From Lama glama (lineage: Eukaryota): a stretch of 64,000 nt of DNA. Positions within the stretch are counted from its first letter, which is position 1. Each line of letters starts with the position of its first letter. Location: the NCBI GenBank assembly GCA_028534125.1, contig CM052818.1, forward strand, positions 43,960,001 to 44,024,000. Reading direction: 5' to 3'. The notes under the pieces were generated by a model. The model had not been told where the DNA came from. It saw only the letters and a list, made by a program, of their open reading frames with translations, and searched no databases. A program made the position numbers and the translations under genes. This document shows positions 51,480-63,445 of this stretch, piece by piece.

Positions 51480-54156
51480 ATCAAAAGTAATATAATGCCC
51501 CTCCCACGTTGAGCCAAATTATACCAATAGGACTAGATTTACCTTCCCACTTGAAAAATTAAGGTCTAACTAACAAAACATATGAGACAATGGTTTTCAA
51601 GGCACTGAGCATCAGGCAACAAAAGACAGTGGTCACTGAGAGACACAAAACAAAAGAGGCAAGCCCTACAATTGCTCAGGCTCACCACCTTGAGTTTGCA
51701 GATGATGCTGCAAACAAGAGGAAACCTAGGCAGGGTCTGGTGGATTTCTTGGACAAAGAAACAGATGAGATTTCAGGGAAACCAAGGAAGCTCGGGTTTG
51801 TAGGACAGTGTACTAAAGAGGAAGTTATGCAGAGAGAGAATCCTGGAGAAATGCAAAGGGGCTTCCTTAGATTTTCACCAGAATATTAATTCAGACAAGC
51901 ACATGAGCAAACTACCCAAGGCTGGAGAAAGAATCATCCAAAGAATTAAAGGGCACAAGGCTCAGCTCTCACACATGGCTGGAAATGAGACCTGTTTCCA
52001 CCAGCCAGACTGGAAAAACTCAGTGAACCCTGGGCATTGGGTGTAATACTCAGAAAAGTCTTATTTTTAATGGAGAGTAAACCCTAAATGTGTCTGGATC
52101 TGCCAATAAATAATAGAAGCAAGATAGTGAAAGATCAAATTTTTTCAAATAACTGCATCACAGAATAAAACTCAAGCATATTAATAAGAGTAAAAAAAAA
52201 AATCAGTATCCAAAAAGCTAAACTTTACAACGTCTGGCATCCAATCAAAGATTCTGACCCAGAACTGACACATGCGTTATGATTAGCAAGGACCATAGAA
52301 TAGTTATTATGAATGCATTTCATGTATTCACAAAGTTAAGTAGAGACACGAAAGATTTTTAAAAGGCAAGTTGAACTTTTAGAGTGAAAAATTATAACAC
52401 TGGGGAAGCTTAATGTCACATTAGACATTTCAGAAGAAAAGACAGTGAACCTAAAGGCATAGCCATGGAAGCAGCTAAAATGAATCACCCACAGGATAAT
52501 AGTTAACAAATTAAAAAGGGACAGAACAGCAGTGAGCTGTAGGAAACCTGAAGCACCCAATATATAATTTGTAGTCCCTGAAGTAGGGAAGAAAACAAAG
52601 GGGACAGGAAAAGTTTTGAAGAAAAAATGGCCAAACAGTTTTTGAATTTGATGAAGCTATAAACCTAGAGAGCTAAGAAATACGAAGAAAATGATACCAA
52701 GTCACATTATAACTAAATTACTCAAAACCAACAACACATAGAAGCTCTTAAACACAACCAGAAAAAAAAATTAGACACATTTTATACACAGGAACAGAGA
52801 TAAAGGTGACAGATATTTCTCATCAGAAACAATGCAAGCAAGGAGACAGAGTAGAAACATCTTTAAAGTCCTGATAGGAAAAAAAAAAATATCAACCTTG
52901 AATTCTATACCCAGCAAAAATATCTTTCAAAAACCAGAAGAGAAATAAAGACATTTTTGGGAAAACAAAAGCTGCAGCCCTCATAGGTGGCAGACACATA
53001 CTCTAAAAAGCCTTAGAGCAGTCTTTCAGGCCTCCTTTCAATCTTTCAGGAAAATAATTTCAAACGGAAATAGGAGTCTAGGCAAAGGAATAGAGAGCAG
53101 TAGTGGCCTAATATCACTTATGTGTGGATTGTGATACGTAAAAGATGTGCTTTATAAATCCTGTAGCAGCCACTAAGATAGCCAAACAAAGAGTTATAGC
53201 CAGTAAGCCAAGAGAGGGGATAAAATAGAACTATAACAAACACACAGTTAATCCAGAGTGAAGACAAAGAAAGAGTAATATGGGATCAAGGAACAGTTGG
53301 ATTTTTTTTTAAATAGAAAGATGATAGACTTAAATCTAATCACATAAATACACACATAAGTTTAAATAGTTTGGAAACCTCAATTAAAAGGTAGAAGTTG
53401 CCATAGTTTACAAAAAAAAAAAGAAATATCCAACTAGTTGCTGCTTAGAGAAATACACTTTAAATATAAAGATACAAATTGATTAAATGTAAAAGGGTAT
53501 TAGAAGATGCAACACCTTAACACTAATCAGAGTAAAGCTATATTGGCTGTATTAATATCAAACAAAATATATTTTAAAGGAAAGACTACTGCTAGGAATA
53601 AAGAAAATAATTTCATAATGATAATAATAAAATAATTAAAGTCTTGTTCACCAAAAACTCTACAGATTGCATACAGAAATTAAAGGAGACCTAAAAATTG
53701 GAGAGCTAAACCCTGTCCCTGGGTCAGAAGACTCAACACTATTAAGATGGAAATTATTCCCCAAATTAACCAATCAGTTCAATGAATACCAATCAAAACT
53801 CCAAAAGGCATTTTAATAGTAATCAATATGTTGATCCTAAAATTGATAGGAAGTCATGCAGGACCTATACCAACCAAAATATATTTGAGAAAGAATAACA
53901 ACATTGGACGGCTATCACTCCCTGATTTTGACTTACTAAAAAGACACACTGTGGTATAAGTACAAGGGTAGGAAAACAGATCAATAAAACAAATAGAGTC
54001 CAGAAATTGACTCAGACCTATTTGGAAAATGGACTTTCAACAAAAATATAGAAACAGTTCAGTGAAAGAGGGATAGTCTTTTCAATAAATGATGCTGCAA
54101 CAATTTGACACCCATATGCAAAAACAGAATAAACCTAAATCCATGTCACATACCAT
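51480..54156 (+). mobile_element. Old L1 (L1MC/MD-like) with 5' region, ORF1 and internally deleted ORF2, cut by the gap
   Basis: ORF1-type gatatttctcatcagaaacaatgcaagc...aattctatacccagcaaaaatatctttcaa; ORF2 endonuclease start near 53330; jump near 53650 to late ORF2 gaaattaaaggagacctaaa...gatagtcttttcaataaatgatgctg. Confidence 0.85.
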
Positions 54157-54656
54157 NNNNNNNNNNNNNNNNNNNNNNNNNNNNNNNNNNNNNNNNNNNN
54201 NNNNNNNNNNNNNNNNNNNNNNNNNNNNNNNNNNNNNNNNNNNNNNNNNNNNNNNNNNNNNNNNNNNNNNNNNNNNNNNNNNNNNNNNNNNNNNNNNNNN
54301 NNNNNNNNNNNNNNNNNNNNNNNNNNNNNNNNNNNNNNNNNNNNNNNNNNNNNNNNNNNNNNNNNNNNNNNNNNNNNNNNNNNNNNNNNNNNNNNNNNNN
54401 NNNNNNNNNNNNNNNNNNNNNNNNNNNNNNNNNNNNNNNNNNNNNNNNNNNNNNNNNNNNNNNNNNNNNNNNNNNNNNNNNNNNNNNNNNNNNNNNNNNN
54501 NNNNNNNNNNNNNNNNNNNNNNNNNNNNNNNNNNNNNNNNNNNNNNNNNNNNNNNNNNNNNNNNNNNNNNNNNNNNNNNNNNNNNNNNNNNNNNNNNNNN
54601 NNNNNNNNNNNNNNNNNNNNNNNNNNNNNNNNNNNNNNNNNNNNNNNNNNNNNNNN
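54157..54656. other. Assembly gap (500 N)
   Basis: Run of exactly 500 N. Confidence 1.
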
Positions 54657-55563
54657 ACTACTCTGATTTGAAAAATAAAATATTAGGGGGAGACCCCTGT
54701 AACTGACTCACTATGAAATCAGATAGAATACAACTCCTTTGTTTCAAAATGATACTTTTTTTTTTTGAGGAAGATATTTAGCCTTTTAATCTGGCATTCG
54801 TGGTAAATAAGTGTAAATTAAAAGGTGATAAAAAGGAAAATGTCATTGACTTTTTCTAGAGGAGAGAGCGGATGAGTTACGAAACTTTCCAAGGAAGAAG
54901 TGATGCCTGACGGTGATTTGGAAGAACCAGAGGATGAGGTGCTAAGGAAATTCAGTTGGGAAAAATCACTCACACAGCGGCAAAGCGGTGAGAAGCAGTA
55001 TGGCTATGAGCCGGGGAAGGTCACAGTCTTCACCCTTGGACTTTGTTATTAACAACACAGCTAGCAGCATGAAACCCAAGGCCACACTGGTTCTCTTTGT
55101 CCCCCAGTTCTCCTGGAGCCAACGCAGAAGCAGGACCCGGGGGATACTGAACACACAGTAGGTTTTCATCACAGCTGAGGAATCCCAAGCTCAGGGCAAC
55201 ACAGTGCGGACTGTTGGTCTGCAAGCGACCTTGTGCAACATTCGCCCTGGAGAGAGACAGTAAACAAACCTGTTCTCTGTCTCCAAAGCTGTTGAAAGGA
55301 TAGACTGAAACAAAATTGTTATTGCTTCTGCTTGTAATACACGCTGAAATGTGAGAACCCAATGGAGAGTTGTCTCCCAACAGGAAAAGCAAATACACTT
55401 GAAGTGATTTGCTTGAGGTCACAAAGCTGATCAGATCTGCTCACATCCTGGGCGGGCCACACAGACTTCTTCCTGTTCACTATTCAGGATACTCCTCTGT
55501 GGCATAAGTGGCTCCCTAGATGGCCTGTAAGTCTAAGGGGTCACATGATGAGGGAAGAGCCCA

Positions 55564-56160
55564 TGTGGTAGACAGAATTTAAGATGACCCCCAAAGGTCC
55601 TGGTATAATCCCTCCCCTCGAGTGTGAGACATGCAGATGAGGGGTACCACTCCTGTAATTAGGTTACATTGTGGGGTAAAGGTGAAGAGCTATTGATGAT
55701 GGAATTAAGGCCCCTAATCAGTTGACTTTGATATCACAACCTAAAGAGTGATATCCAGGGTGGGTCTGACCTAATCAGGTGTTTCTATTAAAAGGGTCTA
55801 AAGGCCACAGCAGGCACCCTCTTCCATTAGTCTGAAGAAGCAAACTATCCTGTTGTGGAAGTAGCCATGTGGCAGCCATGTGGCTGTGGGAAGTAGCCAT
55901 GTGGCTGTGGGTGGCCTCTCGCAGCTGAGGGCCTCAGTCCCACAGCCACAAGGAACTGAATTCTGCCAATAACCAGTGAGTTTGGAGGAGAACTTGGAGC
56001 CTCAGATGAGACCCCAGCCCTGGTAGACACTTTCATTGCCTGAGCGGAGAACTGGTCAAGCTATATCTGGACTTCTGACCCACAGAATCTGTGAGGTAGG
56101 AAGCCCGTGTTGTGCTAAGCCAATAAGTGAGTGGCAATTGGTTTCACAGCAACTCCTACA
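55564..56160 (+). mobile_element. MLT1E-like MaLR solo LTR
   Basis: tgtggtagacagaatt...ccctaatcagttgactttg...aaggaactgaattctgccaa...gacttctgacccacagaa...ctaca; TG...CA ends with perfect 5-bp TSD gccca. Confidence 0.9.
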
Positions 56161-56539
56161 GCCCACAAGTGACTTCCAGAATGAAGACACACGCATTTAC
56201 TGAGCATTAATACATGCATGACTCCAGACGGGCACCATGGAGATGAAAAAGCATGCTCTCTGTGAAACCTTCCCTCATTCTCCTTTGGTCATTTTGGAAG
56301 ATGAGATGACATTTGTGAACAATGAGCTCCTACGACACAGGTCATTTCTGTATCTGTTGTTCATTCAATAGACAATAACTGAACACCAGTTCAGTACCAG
56401 TATGTACCAGTCAGTATACTCATCCTTCTGGAAAACCCTGACTTCACTTGCAGTACAATTCCTGCTTCTATTTTTTTTTTCCTCTCTGCCACCAATGGAC
56501 CCAATTACATTCACCTACAAGCTTCCCTGTACGCTAGCT

Positions 56540-56712
56540 CCGCAGTTCCACATGGCTGTTCGTATAATCACCCAGGGAGCTTCAAAACGATACCCAGCCC
56601 CTTCCCCTACCCAATTAAGTCAGAATATCTGGTAGTGGATCCCAAGGATCTAAATATTTTTTAAAGCCTCCTATGCAATGTTAATGTACAGCTAGGGCTC
56701 AGAGTCATTGAT
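56540..56712. mobile_element. MER5-like MITE
   Basis: ataatcacccagggagctt...accaattaagtcagaatatctgg...gtacagctagggctcagagtcattg. Confidence 0.7.
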
Positions 56713-56928
56713 CTAAGGTACAGATAGGAAAGAATTAAGATCCGGAGGTGGGTTGCAGTGAACCAGACTCTTTCATAACCCCTCCCTTCTGTGTAGAGCA
56801 TGATTTCACCTTTCGACTGACCAGGTCAAAAATTTTGCTCAGTTTTCTCTTCTCTCCCATAATTTTAATGATTTTTTCCCCTCTTCCTCTAGAAACACAG
56901 GTTCCTCTTGTTAACTAGTCCTCTACAT

Positions 56929-57466
56929 CAGATGTTGGCGAATTTTCTCTATAAAGGACCAGATAGGAAACATGTTCGGTTTTGTGGGCTGTTGGATTTC
57001 TGCCCAAACACTGCCTCTGGGTTAGGGAAGCAGCCACAGGTCATACGTAAATGAAGAGGGGAGAGGTGACTGTATGCCAATAAGACTTTGCCCATGACAT
57101 TGAAATTTAGAACTTCAGATATTTCACAGGTCCCAAAGTTTTATACTTCTTGGATTTTTTTTTCCCTTAACCATTAAAAAATGTAAAAAGAATTCTTTTT
57201 TTTTTTACATTTTTTATTGATTCATAATCATTTTACAGTGTTGTGTCAAATTCCAGTGTTCAGCACAATTTTTCAGTCATTCATGGACATATACACACTC
57301 ATTGTCACATTTTTTTCTCTGTGATTTATCATAACATTTTGTGTATATTTCCCTGTGCTATACAGTGTAATCTTGTTTATCTGTAAAAAGAATTCTTAGC
57401 TCAGGAGTAACCCCAAAGCAGGGGTGGGCCTGATTTGGCCTTTGGACCCTAATTTGCCCGGCTCAG
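56929..57466 (+). mobile_element. MER58B-like hAT-Charlie element (interrupted by L1)
   Basis: cagatgttggcgaattttctctataaaggaccagatag...gcagccacagg...gatttggcc...tttgccc; 8-bp flanks ctctacat / tactacat. Confidence 0.85.
57198..57381 (-). mobile_element. Young 5'-truncated camelid L1 3' end
   Basis: polyT, then ttttacagtgttgtgtcaaattccagtg...ttccctgtgctatacagtgtaatcttgtttatc; perfect 16-bp TSD tgtaaaaagaattctt at 57182-57197 and 57382-57397. Confidence 0.95.
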
Positions 57467-58844
57467 TACTACATCATCAAGCCGGCAAGTACCGATTCAG
57501 CTTTTTACTGCCCTCATTATCTATTTTAATTTTCTGTATTGTGTTTTGGTTTCATTGCATTTCCCCCAAAATCTGCCAGCTCCTCTAAAACCCAATCAGC
57601 CACTGGACCGATGCAAACTCCACCCCACTTCATAGCTCTCATTTTTTCTTACATGCTGAGAACACAAAGCAGATGCAGTCTAATTATTTTCTCTGCCATT
57701 TGTATTGAATTATTTTCATAAATGTGCCTTTGCTCTGACTCCTTACAGCTATACCTAACCTTTTGATAAGTCCGAATGTCTTCATGCAAACCATGTGGTT
57801 ATTCTCCGTGGCTGCCTTTTAGCTTTTCCCGTATGAGGTGAGAACTGTATGTGTCCGCTGTCTGCCGACACGTTGGGGTGCGTATTTACTTTCATCTTTT
57901 TTTATTGTCCACTTGGGTGTGGCCCTGATACTTCCCTCACATCTTAAATTGTGCTGTAAGCACCGTCCCTAACCTCATGTCTAGTATCTGGCAGAACTTT
58001 TATCTTGTGAAGCTTTACTGCAAGGCTGGAATTTTTCCCCCAACCCCTCAATATGGTCCTCTGACTATTAAAAATGTTTTGTCCTCCCATCCGACCTTCT
58101 GTGTATTTGAAAGAATCTGTATTTTTTGTTGTTTCTATAAGGTGGGGCATGTGAAAATATACTCCTCATAGCACAGGGCTTCTAATTCATGGCTGCCCCT
58201 CGTGGACTTGCTGTGGGCAATGCTCTGCTCTGTGACAGACAGCTCTTCCGCATCTGGACTTGCTGAGCTCAGGGAAGTGAGGTGGGAGGAAGGAAGCAGG
58301 AGTAGGGATCAAGGATGGTCGTGTGCCCATGGACCAAGAAGGCCTTTTTGCCACCACGTAGATGAGAGGCTAGGAGGGAAAGAGATGCCATGGAGGCGGC
58401 CGCATCATCCAGCCTCTCTGCTTTCAAGCTCTGAGGACCAGGTGGGAGCTACTCACTGATCCCTTCCCCAGTAAGTTCATTCCTCCTGTCGTTAGAAACA
58501 GCTCCTTCAAACGCTGGTGCGTTATTCATCGAAATCCTCGCTTCTAGTAACATTGCACCTTTGCTATTAAAAAGAAAGTGTTCCTATCTGTGGGTGCAGA
58601 AACGTCAAGTGACTTGCCTCAGATTTTGCAACAAGTAAGGACTGCAAACAAGATTGTAGCCCACTTCTCCCTAACTGTGAAAGCAGCCTCCTTCCACTGC
58701 ATACCCTACCTCCAGAGCTCAGGCTAGCAAGAATTCCTTAGCGGACAAGTAAAAAATTAATGTAAAAATGCATAGTATGTTGCTGCAGAAAATGCTAAAG
58801 TCATTCATCAGCAGAGTAGAAGATCAACTGCTCTCAATGTGTTT

Positions 58845-58861
58845 TTTGTTTTTATACATAT

Positions 58862-58901
<40 letters not shown>

Positions 58902-59602
58902 CATTATAGGCTATTACAAGTTATTGGATATAGTTCCCTGTGCTGTACAGTAGCCCCTTGTTGTTTATCTGTTTTCTATATGGTAGTTAGCATCTGCAAA
59001 TCCTGAACTCCCAATTTATCCCTCCCCACTCCCTTCCCCACCCGGGTAACCACAAGTTTGTTTTCTATGTCTGTGAGTCAGTCTCTGTTTTGTAAATAAG
59101 TTCATTTGTGTCTTTTCTTTTTTTAAGATTCCACAGATAAGTGATATCATGTGGTATTTTTCTTCCTCTTTCTGGTTTACTTCACTTTGTATAATAACCT
59201 CCAGGACCATCCATGTTGCTGCAAATGGCATTATTTTATTCTTTTTTATGGCTGAATAGTATTTCATTGTGTGTGCGTGTGGAGAGATAGATACATAGAT
59301 AGATACATAGAGATAGAGAGGTATATCTCACAACTTCTTTATCGAGTCATCTGTCAATGGACATTGAGGTTGCTTTCAAGTCTTGGCTATTGTAAATACT
59401 GCTGCTATGAACATTGAGGTGCATGTACCTTTTCAAATTAGAGTTTCCTCCAGATGTATGCCCAAGAGTGGGATTTCTGGATCATAGGGTAAGTCTACTT
59501 TCAGACAAACCTCCCTTCTCCCATAAAACACGTGGAAGGTAAGTCTATTTTCAGTTTTTTAAACAGTATGGAGATTCCTTAAAAAACCGAAAATGACTTA
59601 CC
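58845..59602 (-). mobile_element. Camelid/artiodactyl L1 with complex inverted 5' junction
   Basis: Minus-strand translation YYSAIKKNKIMPFAATWMVLEVIIQSEVNQKEEEKYHMISLICG matches the L1 ORF2 C-terminus; (tataca)n in the 3'UTR; TSD ctcaatgtgttt (58833-58844) / ctccatgtgttt (59603-59614). Confidence 0.92.
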
Positions 59603-59759
59603 CTCCATGTGTTTGGGGTGGGGGGCAGTCTGATCCCATCTGTGACTGACTATCCAACAGACACTGGCATGAAGACACAGTTTAGAAAGGAGGTCTGCGT
59701 TGTCATAATTCCAACTTCTCTAGCTCTTTGATTTATAATCTGAGGCAGTTGGGGGATGC

Positions 59760-60070
59760 TGGCGCCCATGACGCATACTGTGATCCATAAATTAACGAGT
59801 GATTAAAATCATACTAAGGCAAACACACAGCCACAAATTTGAATGATGCACAATTATTGCCAGCCATAGCCAGCAGATGTATAGAAATAATTGGCTTTTA
59901 ATGCTCATTAGTCAGTTTTATTACAAATAATGCATTTGCATGATGTTTGTAAATTTATGCTCCAGTGGGAAGACACGCCGGCAGCACAGCATAAACAAGC
60001 AGAGTGATCACCAAAAAAAAAGCATCCAAAATTTATGAATGTGCCCAAAGTTACATTTATTTGTATACTT
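59760..60070. promoter_or_regulatory. Candidate developmental enhancer / conserved non-coding element
   Basis: Non-repetitive; dense in homeodomain, octamer and forkhead motifs; conservation not verifiable here. Confidence 0.35.
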
Positions 60071-60989
60071 ATTTGTCTTTAACCTTGCTTCTTTCCAAAA
60101 CAAAATAATTTAAGGTAATTTGAAGCCATATAACCATTTGGAGAATTTTTCAATGAAGACATGATGAAGAAAAGAAAAATGAAGCTTAGAAACTACAGTG
60201 AACCAAGCAGCGAGCGAGTATGCAAGATGACTTGTCATTATGTTCTGTGCACGTGATCAAAATGCAGAGTAACCCCTGCATTGATTAGCATTCAAAGCCA
60301 AAGAATGAAACCTGATTAGGGTAAGATTCCTGTGTTCCTAGGGAAAATGTGAAAACAACAACAAAAAAAAATGTTTTTCTCCAGGGAAATATAACATTTC
60401 TTGGCAAAACGACCAGAGGGAGGTTTACCTTATCATTGTTCATAAAGGTGACACGAACATAAAAGGAGACCAATTTTCAAATATATTTCTAAAGCAAACA
60501 CAACAGAGGTTTTTTTCTGATAAGCTCCAACATGTGAGTGATAATCTTCTGCCAATCACACTTTAGTAAAAATCAGGCCCTTGAAGATGAGCATTTCCCC
60601 TTCTCTGCCCTATTCATGCAGACTTCCCGCCCATCATCCTTTCCACCCACCTATATTATAATTTTAACTGGATAACAATTTAGCATTTGTTTACCTTATT
60701 GTAACTGTGAGAGGTATTCACGACTGAGTGATACACTACATTTCGATGAATTTCCTTGTACTGCCTTGTTTTTCCTAAAATTGTCTTCTCTCTTTTCTAT
60801 TAATTATTGCTAATTCAACCCCCAAACCTTCCCCAGAAATAAAATCTCCCTGTAGTACAGTTGGGCACGTCAGTAATATGAAGATTTCATCTACTTGAAA
60901 ACGTTTCTTCCAGAGGGTTCTGTTCAGACTGGAAACTTGTCAGCCTGAGACCTCTTCTCGCCATCAGCCTGGAGACCTCCCCACCTTGG

Positions 60990-61260
60990 CTCTCTTGTAT
61001 TGAATTCTTACTTTAATGAATCCAACCTTTGATGACGCCTTCCTCCTTTCTAGGTAAAATATCTCCTTGAATAGTTATCTAGAAAAGAGTATTTGGGGGA
61101 TAATTTTTGAGTCTGTAGACATCTCAAAATAACTATTTTAGAATCATGCATAATTGAGGGTAAGGGATAAACCATACCTAACCTAACCACGGCAGAGAAT
61201 ACTGGCTGGAAATAATTCTTTTGGAATTTTTAAGGAGGTGCCACTTCTGTTTCTACTGCA
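60990..61260 (-). mobile_element. Ancient L1ME/HAL1-like fragment
   Basis: tttttgagtctgtagacatctcaaaataactatttta...gagaatactggctggaaataattctttt...attttaagga. Confidence 0.45.
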
Positions 61261-61261
61261 T

Positions 61262-62990
61262 TCTTCCTGGAATCAAGTTTTCTTCCTATTAGGAACACAG
61301 CATCATCCAGAGACTCTGGCTCTGTGTGTCTCCTGCTTCCTGGCAGATGACATTCCACCCTCCACCGGTCTCTGAGCAGGTGCTCCAGCTGTGTTCTTGC
61401 TGTTCCAATGCTCTTTCAGGTCGGCAGCTTCTGGGTGGTGTCATATTTATGATCAATTCTGTGGTCACTGGCCCATTCCCTCACGAGCATTGCTCATAAG
61501 TGTGCCCACTGTGTTTCTTTATATGGGATATATATGTGCAGCTTTATATGGGATCCCATCTCAGTGGGTCAAACATCCCAAAAGCCTTCAGACAGTGGTG
61601 CTACCCAAGAACCTGTGTGCAACAGTATAAAGCATGCCTAAAATAGCTATCTTTTTCTCTCAGAATAAAATGGTGGCACTTTCAGTGTGGGATGGGCCAC
61701 CAAGCGACCCGCTGATCTGCAGAAGAAATGGTGATGTATCAGAGACCCAGGGCTGGTCTCTATTTTTGACAAGGACACTCAGGGACAGCACACGAGACAG
61801 TTCAGCCTTGGCAAGGGGGAGCTTCTGCTCTTGGGTCCAGGTGCTGGCAATCTATCCCTGTCTATCTCTCCACCATGGCCGCTTTGGACATGGGTCCTTA
61901 TGCCAACATTGGGCTGGTCTCTGACAATGGCTGACTTGAGTCATGTGTCTCCTTGGTTCTTTAGTGCCTTTTCTGCAGTGGATGCTCTCTGATGGGTATC
62001 AGCATGTGATGCTAAGATCTTCATACCTCATCCCCACGCCCAATGTCCATCCATCTACCTCTACCCCGCACCTCTCCGTCTCCATCCAAAATCTGTCTTT
62101 TCAGACTGACCAGGGATCTGTGCATTCTAACCTTAGGACACTTCTCTTTTCACAGCACACAGAGGAGTAGCTGCTCTCCCCAGAGCGGTGCCTGTTGGGG
62201 GTACTTCCCTTCACGACTGTCTTCTGTCTTTCAGAGCTGCCTCCAAACGAGGCTATTCCTGACTTGGGTCCATATTCACAGCCAACTCATCTACAAAGCA
62301 AGATCTGTTTTCTTCTTCCTGCATCAGCTGGCATAAGGGCTCTCTCCATATGACCAATGGCATGTGATGATGGAGGGGCGCTGGAGCCTCACTGGTGGAT
62401 GGCATGGGTCATGACAAGGGATTACCTGCTCATGCAGCTTGGGGTGCCTCCAGTCCTGCCTATGTACTGTAGTTGGGACATGTACAGTTTTATGACGTGG
62501 TATGTTCCAACAGAATTCAGCTCATTAAAGACAGTTCAGCATGCAGAGTAAAAAGTCCCAGGGGTAGGTGCTCCATCTTTGCCACAGGGAGTAGCCTGCC
62601 AGGAGATGATTTTCAAGAGGTGTTTATTTCTCCACTGCACGTGCATGGCATTTGTCCACTGGGATTCTTGCTCCAGAATCTCAGAGGTTTGCTCTGTGAT
62701 TCTTTTGCTTGGACTTGTCTTTGGTTCTTCACAGCATCTTTCTCCAGCACTGATATCTTTAATATCACATGGCCCAAGTGGGATGGCTGCTTGAACTCAA
62801 GCCTGCCTGTGACAGAGCTCTTTCCTGTTCTGAACCTCACTCAAGGCTGGCAGCAACTCATGGAACAGAGCAGGATTCCCAGGTGGAGCATATGCTGTCT
62901 CCAGAATGTGAGGAGGACTGTTGGGTGTTGTGCCTCCCTTTTTGTGATGGGATGCGAAATATGGAATAGTTCGTCTTTTAATTTGGGTGG
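61262..62990 (-). mobile_element. Decayed ERVL (class III ERV) pol: tether, RNase H and integrase
   Basis: Minus-strand fragments ISVLEKDAVK..QAKESQSKPLRFWSK resemble ERVL VSVADRDAVW..ESQRRPLGFWSK; VREWASDHRI and HHPEAADL..HWN resemble integrase HHPEAAGLIERWN; many stops and frameshifts. Confidence 0.85.
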
Positions 62991-63445
62991 TGGAGTTAGT
63001 TGATGACGGCTCCCCAAAAGATATGTCCACTTCTTAATTCCCAGAACTTGTGAATGTTATCTTTTTGGGAAAAGGGTCCTTATGGGTTGATTAAGGTAAG
63101 GATCTAGAGATGAAGAGAGCATCCTGGGTCATCAGGCTGTGCCTTACATCCAATGGAAAGTGTTCCTATAAGAGGTGCAGGGAAGATCTGGCAGACACAA
63201 GAGCAGGAGGCAATGTGACCAAGGAGACTGAGGCTGGAGTGAAGGACCACAGCCCAAAGAATGCCTGGAGCCATCAGAAGTAAAACAAACAAAGAATGAA
63301 AACTCCCCTAGAGCCTCTGAAGCACATTTGGCCCTGTCAACACCTCAGCTTTGGATTTCTGGCCTCTAGAACTGTGTGTAAGAAAATACGTTTCTGTTGT
63401 TTTCATGGTAATCCATTCCAGAAGCCAATATAGGAAACTAATATA
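62991..63445 (+). mobile_element. MLT1B-like MaLR LTR inserted in the ERVL pol
   Basis: ctccccaaaagatatgtccac...taaggatctagagatga...ttctggcctctagaactgtg...ggaaactaatata; TSD ggtgg / gatgg. Confidence 0.9.

Noticed and set aside
54850..54955. Exon-like segment after ttttttctag
   Set aside because: Stops in all three frames, weak donor, and resemblance to L2 (ggaagaagtgatgcctga)
59016..59267. 83-aa ORF with protein-like sequence
   Set aside because: It is the L1 ORF2 C-terminus of a truncated copy, not a host gene
62473..63003. 176-aa plus-strand ORF
   Set aside because: Antisense to decayed ERVL pol; no independent coding evidence
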